Assembly: GCA_002811645.1 (NCBI GenBank)
Contig: PDIP01000056.1
Location: 1-64,000 of the forward strand
DNA: 64,000 nucleotides
Source of the DNA: Corallochytrium limacisporum Hawaii
Lineage: Eukaryota > Protista > Pluriformea
Direction of reading: 5' to 3'
The translations under genes were made by a program, and so were the position numbers. The notes under the pieces were generated by a model that saw nothing but the letters and a program-made list of their open reading frames with translations, did not search any database and was not told the origin of the DNA. Positions within the stretch are counted from its first letter, which is position 1. The number at the start of each line of letters is the position of its first letter. Below, one piece after another: positions 1-10,340 of this stretch.

Positions 1-78
1 AACCCGAACCCGAACCCGAACCCGAACCCGAACCCTAACCCGAACCCGAACCCGAACCCGAACCCGAACCTGAACCTG
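1..78 (-). repeat. Telomeric repeat array, (TTCGGG)n on the G-rich strand
   Basis: Thirteen tandem hexamers at the very start of the window: ten AACCCG, one AACCCT (31-36) and two proximal degenerate AACCTG (67-78). The C-rich strand at the 5' end is the orientation expected at a chromosome end. Confidence 0.93.
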
Positions 79-855
79 GAATGCAGAAACCTAGAAATTG
101 GGTCGCAGGTTAGGAGTGTGTTAATCAATTGCTTTTGACTGGCGTTGATTATCGCGAGGGTCGGCGCCGCCACCAGTGAAACGGATCGCAAACCACAGGT
201 TTTCGCAGTCATCCGAACACACTACTTGTGTCTTTATGATAGGTCTTACTCATGACTTGTGGAACGGAAATTCATTTCTGCATTTTGGCCAGACTAAGTT
301 AGCATTGAGCGTATCCTAACGGGATAACAATGTCGTAAGTACCATAAAAGTGTCCGGGGATGCCACGAGACGGCTTTCCCCCTCTGAGCACAGACCTCCC
401 CGCCGTTTCCCTTTTTCGCTATTGTCCTACGAACGATACTGCAATGATCATAGGAATCATCTCTTTGGATTTCCACAATTTCATTGCATAAGCCCCGTAC
501 GAACTTGACGAAGGAGTTGTATCAATCGAATTCAATCAAGTTAGCAACAGCAAATACTGGAGTCCCCAGAGCAAGTCGTGACATTTGGGGTTGCTCACCC
601 CTTGCCACTCTGAGTTCTTCCCACGAAGTGTTTAGTCGGACCACATCAAACAAATATGCAGGGACTAGTTTCGACCTTTCTTATGTTCGGTCTTCTAGCA
701 AACCAAGTCTTTTGCCATGATGCCTAGAGAACCATCTTCATGTGAGCTCATATGAAAGAATGACTTGGAAAAGTCAAAATTCTCTTTGGCTTCTATGCGC
801 GATCCAAAAACCTAAACCTCTAGAATAAACTTCAATTGCAGGGTTTGCACCGTGG

Positions 856-862
856 TATATAA
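856..862 (+). promoter_or_regulatory. Putative TATA box of metE
   Basis: TATATAA about 100 bp upstream of the ATG at 964. No Shine-Dalgarno-like sequence precedes the ATG, and there is an A at -3. Confidence 0.45.
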
Positions 863-963
863 GAGCAAAGCAGAACTCTTTCTTGGCAGAAAGGAAACGT
901 GTGGAGTCATGCACATTTGCATAGGAGTTGAATCATTCACTTCGCTTAAAGTCATAATTTATT

Positions 964-3306
964 ATGTCACTGACTCATAATCTTGGATATCCCCGCATTG
1001 GGGAGCAACGCCAATTGAAGCGTGCAACGGAAGCTTTCTGGAAAGGTAAGTGCTCTGAAGCAGAACTGCAACAAGTTGCAAAAGATCTGCGCCGAACTAA
1101 CTGGCTGAAGCAAAAGGACGCTGGAATTGATCTTATCCCCGTCAATGACTTCTCTTTCTATGATCAGACCCTTGATATGTCGTGCCTGCTCGGTAATATT
1201 CCTGCCCGTTTCCGATGGGATGGGGGTATAACTGATGTCAACACCGTTTTCACCATTGCACGTGGTACGCAGGGCGGTGTTTCCTTGATAGGTGACGATA
1301 AGAAAAATGAGAAAAGCGGTGAAACCGACAAAGTCTCCACTCATGCCAGTGAAATGACCAAGTGGTTTGATACCAACTATCATTATATTGTTCCTGAGTT
1401 CTGTGCTGACACCCAATTTAAGCTCTCGAGTAGCAAGGTATTTGACGAATTTGCGGAGGCTAAGGCCCTTGGGTTGAATGCAAAACCAGTGCTCATTGGC
1501 CCGGTAACGTATCTAAGTTTGGGTAAGGTACAGGATCTCGAAAATCCCGACTTCGACCCGTTCTCGCTGCTCGACAACCTTGTTCATGTTTACGAGGAAG
1601 TTATCAGCAAACTTGCTACTCATGGCGCACAGTGGATTCAGTTCGATGAGCCTGTGTTTTCCCTTGATCTGAATGACAAACAACGTGCAGCCTTGAAAAG
1701 TGCTTACGACCGACTTGCTAAAGCGAAGGGCTCTACCAAGCTTTTGCTCACCACCTATTTTGGTGGTGTACGCGATAACCTCGATACTTACTTTGCTCTG
1801 CCCGTGGAAGCTCTGCACTTTGATTTTGTGCGTGGTGCAGAGGATTTGGACTCAGTGCTAGCAAAGTTTCCGCAAGACAAGATCCTTTCCGTTGGTATTG
1901 TAGAAGGCCGAAATATTTGGAGGAACGATTACGATGCATCCTTGGCGCTTTTGAAGAAGGCCAAAGCCACTGTGGGTGATCGTTTGTGGCTTGCGCCGAG
2001 CTGCTCGTTAATGCACTCCCCAATCACTCTGAAAAATGAATGCAAGCTCGACGACGAGCTGAAGAATTGGCTTTCATTTGCGGATGAGAAGCTAGCGGAA
2101 GTTGTTGACCTAACTCATTTGCTCCACGGCAAGGGTGGTTTGGAGGCGCTAGCGTCCAATCAAGCCGCCATTACGTCGCGCAAGACCAGTAGTCGTATCC
2201 ATAACCAGGAAGTCCAGTCACGCCTTGCGGGTGTGACAGAAAAGGATTTTGAGCGCACTTCGAAGTTTCTGACGCGTCAGCGACTTCAAGCCCAAAAGCT
2301 CGGTCTTCCCGAATTTCCGACCACCACAATCGGCTCCTTCCCCCAGACGTCTGAAGTTCGTCGGGCACGCGCGAAATGGAAAAAGGGTGAGCTAAGCAAT
2401 GCTGAATATGACAAATTTCTCAAAGAAGAGACCTCCAAATGCGTGGCATTCCAGGATGAGATTGGCATCGATATGCTTGTCCATGGCGAGTACGAGCGCA
2501 ATGATATGGTGGAATATTTCGGTGAAAACCTTGAAGGGTTCGCCTTCACCTGCAACGGTTGGGTACAAAGTTTCGGCTCCCGTTACGTTAAACCACCAGT
2601 CATCTTCGGTGACGTAAACCGGCCGAAGGCCATGACCGTTTATTGGTCGAAATATGCGCAGTCCCTAACCAAACGACCGATGAAAGGCATGCTCACTGGA
2701 CCCGTTACAATTTTGCAATGGAGCTTCGTTCGCGATGACCAGCCACGTTCCGCAACAACCCACCAGATTGCACTGGCCATTCGTGACGAAGTAGTTGATT
2801 TGGAAGCTGCTGGCATCCCTGCGGTGCAAATTGACGAGCCTGCTTTGCGCGAAGGCTTGCCCTTACGGCGCAGCAATTGGACCGAATACTTGGAGTGGGC
2901 CGTGAAAGCTTTTCGTTTGAGTGCGAGTGGTGTGCGGGACGAGACGCAGATCCACACACACATGTGTTATTCAGAGTTCAATGACATTATCAAGGCAATC
3001 GCCGATATGGATGCGGATGTCATTACTATAGAGACAAGCCGTTCGAATATGGAATTACTTGATGCCTTTGTTGATTTCAAATATCCCAACGAAATCGGCC
3101 CTGGCGTATATGATATTCACTCACCACGCGTGCCTGCACAAACGGAGATGATTGACCTAATGAAGAAAGCGATAGCTGTGCTGCCGCGTCTAAATCTATG
3201 GGTAAATCCAGACTGTGGTTTGAAAACGCGAGCTTGGGCAGAAGTGAAGCCTTCCCTCGTTGACATGGTCAATGCAGCCGAGTCCTTACGTGCCGGATAC
3301 AAGTGA
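964..3306 (+). CDS. metE: Cobalamin-independent methionine synthase (bacterial-type MetE), 780 aa
   Basis: Family motifs THNLGYPRIG, EMTKWFDTNYHY, GRNIW, PTTTIGSFPQT, HGEYERNDMVEYF, zinc ligands in THMCYSEF and WVNPDCGLKTR. Intact and intronless. Confidence 0.98.
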   Translation: MSLTHNLGYPRIGEQRQLKRATEAFWKGKCSEAELQQVAKDLRRTNWLKQKDAGIDLIPVNDFSFYDQTLDMSCLLGNIPARFRWDGGITDVNTVFTIARGTQGGVSLIGDDKKNEKSGETDKVSTHASEMTKWFDTNYHYIVPEFCADTQFKLSSSKVFDEFAEAKALGLNAKPVLIGPVTYLSLGKVQDLENPDFDPFSLLDNLVHVYEEVISKLATHGAQWIQFDEPVFSLDLNDKQRAALKSAYDRLAKAKGSTKLLLTTYFGGVRDNLDTYFALPVEALHFDFVRGAEDLDSVLAKFPQDKILSVGIVEGRNIWRNDYDASLALLKKAKATVGDRLWLAPSCSLMHSPITLKNECKLDDELKNWLSFADEKLAEVVDLTHLLHGKGGLEALASNQAAITSRKTSSRIHNQEVQSRLAGVTEKDFERTSKFLTRQRLQAQKLGLPEFPTTTIGSFPQTSEVRRARAKWKKGELSNAEYDKFLKEETSKCVAFQDEIGIDMLVHGEYERNDMVEYFGENLEGFAFTCNGWVQSFGSRYVKPPVIFGDVNRPKAMTVYWSKYAQSLTKRPMKGMLTGPVTILQWSFVRDDQPRSATTHQIALAIRDEVVDLEAAGIPAVQIDEPALREGLPLRRSNWTEYLEWAVKAFRLSASGVRDETQIHTHMCYSEFNDIIKAIADMDADVITIETSRSNMELLDAFVDFKYPNEIGPGVYDIHSPRVPAQTEMIDLMKKAIAVLPRLNLWVNPDCGLKTRAWAEVKPSLVDMVNAAESLRAGYK

Positions 3307-4040
3307 GTAATCTTTCACTACAAACGCTCTGCGAGCCGCCCGGCAGGGTTATCCGACGCGAAACCCTATCATCTAATTGCGGGAATACCTTAAAACACTG
3401 GTTTGCTTGGTCAGTGGTTTGTGATTAAACCGCTGTGTCCGGAATTGCGCCACACGTTGTTAATAGCTGACTATGGGGACCGTGGGATCGCAGATTTCAA
3501 CCAGTCTTCGTCTGATACAGTTGAAATGGCTAAGGAGCATGTTATAAGGCTGCACCATCATTTGCTTTAAGTTCCCTTGTCCATGGGCAATCTCCTCTAT
3601 TTCGCTGCCTCAGAGGTGCCCAAACCGATTCTATTGCACGTAGTATGCGCACAAGAAATGGAATGAAGCCGCTGTACAAATTTGAGAGCATATTCTGAGA
3701 GCACTATTTGCATGCACGGACGCTCAATGCTACTGTGTATTTATAAGTGCCGACCGCAAATGCGTCAGGGCAGTCCTTTCGGGTGGTGATGCCCATGCAC
3801 AAATGGATCGAATGGTGCTGGACCATGACCCCTTGCGACTGGAGCCAATGCATAACTGTTGTGTAGATCGCATGGAATGAGGTGGAGTTTATCGTGTCGG
3901 GGGCACGCAGCACAAATGATCGCCAAGCGCAGTCCGGGGACAGGTCAATATAGTCTGCATTGATATTAAGTTGGTACAAATTTTTAATGAAACAAGATTT
4001 GTTTGAAAGAGTGCACGTTTTCCTGCAGAGAGGTGAGTGG

Positions 4041-6212
4041 TTAATATCTGCAGAAAGAACCATTTTCCGAAAATTCGTCGTATACACACCTCATCCCAGA
4101 GCAACACTTCTTGGTACTTGAGCATGCGCTATTCATAGGCTGGCATGGTTCAGTGTAGACACATATGTTAAGGTTCGTGTTACACTTGTTCATCTTGTTA
4201 CACATCCAATCCCCTGTGCAATACATATGTTTCGAGTCAAGTCCAGCCTCGAATCGGCAATATCCGTCAGTTCCATTGCTGTTTTCGATGCAATAGCGTT
4301 CTTTTTCCAGATCGTTCTCCACCCATATTTGTTCCCAAACACTTTTGCTCATGGTCACACCGGGCAACGTTACCAGCGACTGGCCAGAGCTCTTGATATC
4401 AATGTGCAAATCACCGTCGTCATGATAATAAACAAGGTCATGAGTATGGTAGTCAGGGTCAAGTTGGTGCATGGTGTAGAATGCGCGGTCAATGTGAAGG
4501 TAGTCATTTTCACTAGGCGCAAAATCGGTAATCATAATGCTGCCACCCGTTAAATGGAAAGTATCAGTGCCAGCATTCCCTGTAGCCTCATCATTTCCTC
4601 CATTGGTCCAGAAAACATTGTCTTTTGCATCACCAACAAAAACGTCGTTGTTCATGCTTCCCATGATCTTATCGAAGTCGAAGAGCCAGTGGTAATTCGG
4701 ATCTTCTCGGGTTTGTAGAGGATCAATACTATCCATGTGCTCACTGATGGGTACTTGGCCGTTCGATACCAGCGTAAACTTCTCGTTCATCCATTCTCCA
4801 GCGTTCGGGAATGTTTTGATACCGTATTGCTGAAATGTGTAGTCTATGATGACATCTTTTGGCTCTCCGCATTTGTAGTATTCGCGGAAGCCTGGGTGTG
4901 CCACCAAAATTTGGTTGTCATCTGTGGCATATTCAAAGATCGCAGGAATGTACACAAGCAGAATATCTCCAACGTCTGTGCCCATTGAGAGTTTGATCAT
5001 TTCGCATTCTACATTCACAGTTGGGTTGTATACTGGCATGCCTGAATATCCACCAGCGCTGCTTCCATCAAGGTCCAGGTCGATGTCAAACACATGCTCA
5101 GTGGGTGTGATGACAAGCCTGTTGACGTCTAATTGGTATGATAGATTGTTGGAGTAGAAAACCACTCTTCCAAATCTTGTGTATCCGAACTGATCCGTGT
5201 AACCAGAAAAAGTGATGGGGTACGAGCTTGAGAACCCATTGAAAAAGTCCGAGAGATCGCCATCTACCCTGAATAAAGTGCTTGGTGCATCCAAAAACTT
5301 TGCATGGACCGTTGTCGCTGTTAGCCAAGGATCCGCTGAGTTCATAGTAACCGTAACGATCCTGTCAGCCGCACTGCCATCGCCCCAGCTAGAGAATTGG
5401 CCAGAGGCATGTGGGGAAGCGAGGGCCACCCAGCCCTTTTGTGAAGTCTTCGAAGGGTCACTAGTAAGAAGGATATTCTCTCCCTTTTCCATGACCCACG
5501 GTTGTGGTTTGTTTTGATCTTTCCCGTCTTGATACATTGCCATGTCACCGGGGCCGTCCGTGATGACGTCGACGGTTGCCTTTGCCGGCGGTTTCGGGAC
5601 GTTATCCTCATTGAAAAACTCCGTAAGCTCCCAGTAAGACCAAGTTATATAGGGCCAAGTGTCCGTTCGCCAGGCTCCAAACCCGTACAACGTAGTCTGG
5701 AACGGCTTGTATGACCATCTCGGGTCTGCTATAACTTTAAATTTCAGGACCGATCTAATGACCACATTTCCGGTACCTTTCCAGTCTTCACCAATTAGAA
5801 AATCGCCTTCCTCGAACCAGCCGTCTGGAATAGTTTGTATTTCAGTGTGCCCGTGGTGATACTCAAAATAAGTATCTGTCTCCAATATCTTGACGGTGCC
5901 ATCCACGCAAAAATGGGTTCTCTGGCACGATTTACTATTGAGAGACGTATGCGAACCAGTTATGATGTAGCAACCGTATCCAGGCTCATTGTAGTCGTCC
6001 GGCGCATCCGTCTTTTCAATGGTGGTGGTGAAAAGAGACTCACTTCCGTCAGGGTTGACGAATGTCTCTGTCCATGTCCCTTCCTGGATCGCGCCCGAGA
6101 ATGATATGCTATCATTCTCATCGATCTCACTGGGATCATTACTGGGCCTGGCCTGTGCATTGCCTAAAACACAAAATATACCAGCCAAGGCAAAGGGTTT
6201 GCTGCCCCACAT
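4041..6212 (-). CDS. Secreted chimeric protein (723 aa): signal peptide, InlB B-repeat-like module, RTX/hemolysin-type Ca-binding module, Cys-rich knottin-like C-terminus
   Basis: Start moved to the ATG at 6212 (A at -3; signal-like MWGSKPFALAGIFCVLGNAQA). Contains ASPHASGQFSSWGDGSAADRIVTVTMNS..TVHAKF, KIMGSMNNDVFVGDAKDNVFWTNGGNDEATGNAGTDTF..ITDF..D.L, and terminal CQPMNSACSSTKKCCSGMRC..C. Confidence 0.85.
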   Translation of the reverse strand: MWGSKPFALAGIFCVLGNAQARPSNDPSEIDENDSISFSGAIQEGTWTETFVNPDGSESLFTTTIEKTDAPDDYNEPGYGCYIITGSHTSLNSKSCQRTHFCVDGTVKILETDTYFEYHHGHTEIQTIPDGWFEEGDFLIGEDWKGTGNVVIRSVLKFKVIADPRWSYKPFQTTLYGFGAWRTDTWPYITWSYWELTEFFNEDNVPKPPAKATVDVITDGPGDMAMYQDGKDQNKPQPWVMEKGENILLTSDPSKTSQKGWVALASPHASGQFSSWGDGSAADRIVTVTMNSADPWLTATTVHAKFLDAPSTLFRVDGDLSDFFNGFSSSYPITFSGYTDQFGYTRFGRVVFYSNNLSYQLDVNRLVITPTEHVFDIDLDLDGSSAGGYSGMPVYNPTVNVECEMIKLSMGTDVGDILLVYIPAIFEYATDDNQILVAHPGFREYYKCGEPKDVIIDYTFQQYGIKTFPNAGEWMNEKFTLVSNGQVPISEHMDSIDPLQTREDPNYHWLFDFDKIMGSMNNDVFVGDAKDNVFWTNGGNDEATGNAGTDTFHLTGGSIMITDFAPSENDYLHIDRAFYTMHQLDPDYHTHDLVYYHDDGDLHIDIKSSGQSLVTLPGVTMSKSVWEQIWVENDLEKERYCIENSNGTDGYCRFEAGLDSKHMYCTGDWMCNKMNKCNTNLNICVYTEPCQPMNSACSSTKKCCSGMRCVYDEFSENGSFCRY

Positions 6213-6303
6213 TGTAACTCTTTGGTTGTAACGAAATATTCGACTAATTGTTTCTACTTCTCTTGTTCCTTGTTTGCACTTCTGGTCACCACACAAACCT
6301 CCA

Positions 6304-6309
6304 TTTATA
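6304..6309 (-). promoter_or_regulatory. Putative TATA box of the 6212 gene
   Basis: TATAAA on the minus strand about 92 bp upstream of the ATG, a spacing similar to metE. Confidence 0.35.
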
Positions 6310-7410
6310 CCTTTGTAGCTCTCTCAATCTTGGTGCTTACGAGCGGCTTGTGTATGACGTTAAAGGCAAGCACGACGATATGAGTGGAACATAATTCAGA
6401 TCTCGTTGTACTGTCTTGCTTAAAGCATGCACACAACTTGGCAAGACCATTTCAAGCCCATTCAGAGTGGAGCGTGTGTCTTATGCATTGACCTGAGCTG
6501 ATTGAAACACACTAAAAATCTCGGATCATTGTGAGAAACCTCGGTTCCGGTATCCCTAACGGATCCAATCACTCAGGAAACCTTCCGCGGGTCGAGTAAC
6601 AATTGGGGCGGTACCTTAGGGTACCTACCACCAGGAAAGTCCCGATCTCGTATAGGGAGGAAGCAGACCTAAAATAAGGTGGTCCAACCAAGATAATATC
6701 CTTGTGCCGGTGTGAGTCTTTCCAAGATAGGGAAATGTCTGGTATGAAAGGAAACGGGTCACAGACTGAATGTCAGACATAAATTTCTGCAAATATCCCC
6801 GCGGGTCTCCACCAGAATAAGTACTACTTTGGGATGGTACTCATTTGGGTTCCATGGTGGTGTCTTAAGCGCAGGGGCCAGATCTTCAGTCCGCTGAGTC
6901 ATCAAACACGCGACAGACTCAGGCTCATCAAATCGGTAGATGTTGGATATAAATTGATGCAAACTGCAATCAAACATCAAGAGAGCAAGAGCGTTCCTGC
7001 GCTTTTGATTACCGTGCATGGCTTGAAAGTCACTCCGAGCTATCACCCGGGGTGATAAGAGACATGGACGTTACACCCGGAAGTTCACAGGGTCTCCATC
7101 CATGAGAATGATTCGCTGTCTCTGTCAACTTCTATATCGAAATAAAACTTCCTCCACGTCATTGACAATAATGTGTTTCTCAGGCGGAGCAAAAAGTTGT
7201 GGCGGTGGTACCGGTAAAGGTATCATAGATGTATTGAATCATTTTCAAAGGGAAGATAATTTTGGGTTAAATATGGTTCATTCTCCTTTGGTTGCCATCC
7301 TTTGTAGTAGGTGAATTGCGAGTGGCACAGGGAAATGGAAAGATCAAATCGAAGACAAGGATTGTCGATCATGGTATCTTTAGATGAGACAACAGTGGTG
7401 ATGATTGGAT

Positions 7411-9033
7411 TCAGTGTGTGTGGTATGATTCCAATAGAGTTGTTTGAACCAGGGCTTTGCATTCTTCCGACAGCATTTTAAAATACCAGGTGTTCGGCTG
7501 GTTCTCAACCGGCAACACATCATAGCAGTCGTCTGGGACATTGTTCAGCGTGGGTTTAGATGGGTTGGTGTGCAACTCATTGTTGAGATCATCGGGGGCC
7601 GGAACATTCGAAGAATCATCGGTTGTGCGCCTACTCATTATAGAGCATGAAAGGTCCGCAGGTGGATATTTGTGAGAATCACTTGGTGAACATGTGTTAT
7701 AGTCAACCTTATCGGTTTGACATTCGTGTATCTCCACATGTACATTGTCACCCGCAACTGACTTTGCTTTGCCTTCAACCGAAACAGTTGTTAAAGTCTC
7801 GATAAACACAGGGCTCCACTTCGCACCAATCACATCCATGGCGAGTTTTACGACCTCGCGAATGTGTTCCGGAGTTTGGAGATCACCCTTATCAATTAGG
7901 GGAATGATGGGAGACTCGTCATTGCCAACAGGCCACCTACGGTGGCCATCGATGTGAATCTGAACGCCCGACAAGGTATCATGATATTTTCCATCGGCAG
8001 GGAAGATGACATCAGCCTCATATTGTTCGGTGAACATGGTGATATTAGTGGTAGAGTGCTTGTGCAACGTATGTGATGTTGAGTAGTTGGTTGCAATTGT
8101 TTTGGACCTAGACTCTGAGTGACCTTCAGTGGCGGACTTACCGGAGGTGTAGCCCACGCTTGTCGTGATTGTCGTGCTTGCGCTGCCTCCAATGCCCAGG
8201 AAACTACCCTCAGCGCTTGCACTGACTTCTAAGGACACCGACGCTTCTACGGACGATTCAATCGTATGTTCAGAGCTTGATTCGGTTGTTTCAGAAATTT
8301 CTTCACTGTAGTCGAAATCGTGGGTAGAACAATTTGCAACATCGTGGACAATAATCTCAGATTTTGGGGCGGTTTGCAGCTGACTGGTGTATGCCAACCA
8401 TGCTACGGGATCAATGAAGCGAAGCGGGGACCTCGGTACGTAGGCCTCATTCATCAGGAAGTCATCATAAGACATGTAACCCGGAAAGGTCAATTTGGTT
8501 GGCTTCCAATCCTTTGAGGTTGCATACGGGTTGCAATATCCACGGTAGTTGTCGTGGGATGTCGGGTATAACCCTTGCAGGGCATCCCACCATTGGTCCC
8601 ACTTTTCTGCATTAGCATCTGTGCGCTTGACTGCAAAGGGAGACAGAAGGACGGGAGCAGTAACTGCATTAAGCTTGCTTATGTAGGACAGTCCTACATC
8701 CAAGATATTGCTGCTATCCGTGCGATCGAAGGAGCCTAGATTTTTCGAAATGTGATCTTCAAATGCAGTGCCCATCTCCGCCACCTTTTCGTAAAGCTCG
8801 GTAATATCAAGCCAACCTCTATTCAAAAGATCATACTCTGAGTCAGGGAGGTAGTTCATCCAAAAAGTCTCGTTGGCTCTATGTAAGGTCGGAGGGCAAT
8901 CTCTTTCATGATCTTGAAGTCCACGTCGTTGAGTCCAGTGGGGCTCATCGGGACCGAGCTCCCCATGTAGTTCAGTCGGCGCGGCGCTCACAAATGTGAC
9001 GGCCACTATTGCTAAGGCGTGTTTCAGAAACAT
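7411..9033 (-). CDS. Secreted aerolysin/ETX-MTX2-like beta-pore-forming protein, 540 aa
   Basis: Signal peptide MFLKHALAIVAVTFVSA. A Ser/Thr-rich beta region with an alternating amphipathic hairpin (FDYSEEISETTESSSEHTIESSVEASVSLEVSASAEGSFLGIGGSASTTITTSVGYTSGKSATEGHSESRSKT) matches the ETX/MTX2 membrane-insertion pattern. Confidence 0.75.
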   Translation of the reverse strand: MFLKHALAIVAVTFVSAAPTELHGELGPDEPHWTQRRGLQDHERDCPPTLHRANETFWMNYLPDSEYDLLNRGWLDITELYEKVAEMGTAFEDHISKNLGSFDRTDSSNILDVGLSYISKLNAVTAPVLLSPFAVKRTDANAEKWDQWWDALQGLYPTSHDNYRGYCNPYATSKDWKPTKLTFPGYMSYDDFLMNEAYVPRSPLRFIDPVAWLAYTSQLQTAPKSEIIVHDVANCSTHDFDYSEEISETTESSSEHTIESSVEASVSLEVSASAEGSFLGIGGSASTTITTSVGYTSGKSATEGHSESRSKTIATNYSTSHTLHKHSTTNITMFTEQYEADVIFPADGKYHDTLSGVQIHIDGHRRWPVGNDESPIIPLIDKGDLQTPEHIREVVKLAMDVIGAKWSPVFIETLTTVSVEGKAKSVAGDNVHVEIHECQTDKVDYNTCSPSDSHKYPPADLSCSIMSRRTTDDSSNVPAPDDLNNELHTNPSKPTLNNVPDDCYDVLPVENQPNTWYFKMLSEECKALVQTTLLESYHTH

Positions 9034-10340
9034 CTTTCTGAATCAGTTTCAAGTGAATGAATAATGGCATGTCTAGTAAGTGTTTAAGAGGCTTGATGCA
9101 TGCAATAAATACTTGTCCTGCATGATGGCGTAGTGCAGTATTCAGTCAGGGGGGGGGAACCAACACTGCGCAGCATCAATCCCTTTCACCGTTTTTGGTA
9201 TAAACGAGCGGAGGGATCAAACTTGCAATCGCCAAGGAGTCTCCCCCCGTGACGCAAGGAATTCGTAGGTATCTTTGTGGCTTTGGCTGACTGAAAGCCT
9301 GTGCCCTGTGCAACACATGTGAGCCCACGCACAGCAACGAAGGGAGAGGAACTTTTGAATTCTCTTCCCCACATTAACTATGGAAATTCCAAAAAAAAAA
9401 CCTAAGGAAGAAAATGACGAAAATTCGAGACACCATGATGGATATGATATCAGGCGGGACCCCATGCAGCTGCCTGTACTACTCTCCAATAAACATTCGG
9501 TAATAAGGGCTTTTGATGTGCCTGCCAACGCACGGAGCATACGCAAATGGGGACTCTGCTGTCGACGCGGAAATCACATCGGCATATTTTGTATAGGTTG
9601 TATTCGCCAAATTATGTGTTGATACATCTCGGACTAGGGAACGTTGGCACGCTTTTGGTCATCATAGAGACAGATTGTAGGCGGAGCGAAATCCAGTGGC
9701 AACGAGTGCAGGCCATCAGCAGACAGGAATTTGTACATTGTGAACAAGACAAAAGACTTCGTTTAATCCCTACGTGTTCAACTATATTCCTGGTAACAGA
9801 CGATGGCACAGGTGCCGCCTAGACGACACCATTGAATGTCACACAATTTTTTCCTGCAGACAGAGAGAAAACAAACTCCTCACGCAATACCTGATAAGGG
9901 AAAGAGGTGAAGAGGAGAAGGGAGGGGATGGGAGGGGGGCATGGAGCACCGCCTACACACTGGCTAGCGCCGGGGGAAACTCTCCCTAGGCATCACTTCG
10001 AAATTCAACCTTCTGGATATCATGCTTAGTAGTGCACGGAAGAATACGCAATGCTGCTAGCTTAGACTCACATGGGTCACATCACATATACACATGTGCT
10101 GACAGCACATCATAGCCCTCAGACAGATCTGCATCGAAGAATCGACACCTACAAGGGCCAGGAAAGCATGTCTGTAGGCGAGTGTGTCGAGGTGATTCTT
10201 GATGACTCTTGATGAGTAAGTGCAGCAGTTCTGATCTAATCATTACCATCATGTAGGTACTTCAATGATTTGGCAACAGTGACAACAAATCGTACAGAAG
10301 ATGATACCTTTGCTCCCTTAGATCAGAAGATATTTTAAGT

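Noticed and set aside
6213-6296. Upstream non-ATG start for the RTX-like gene (similarly 41920 for ALG2)
   Set aside because: This is a eukaryotic locus, and the downstream ATGs give a signal peptide or the family N-terminus.
7041-7057. Palindrome TATCACCC-G-GGGTGATA resembling a lambda operator
   Set aside because: It is a single copy with no phage context, and a few 8-bp inverted repeats are expected by chance in 64 kb.
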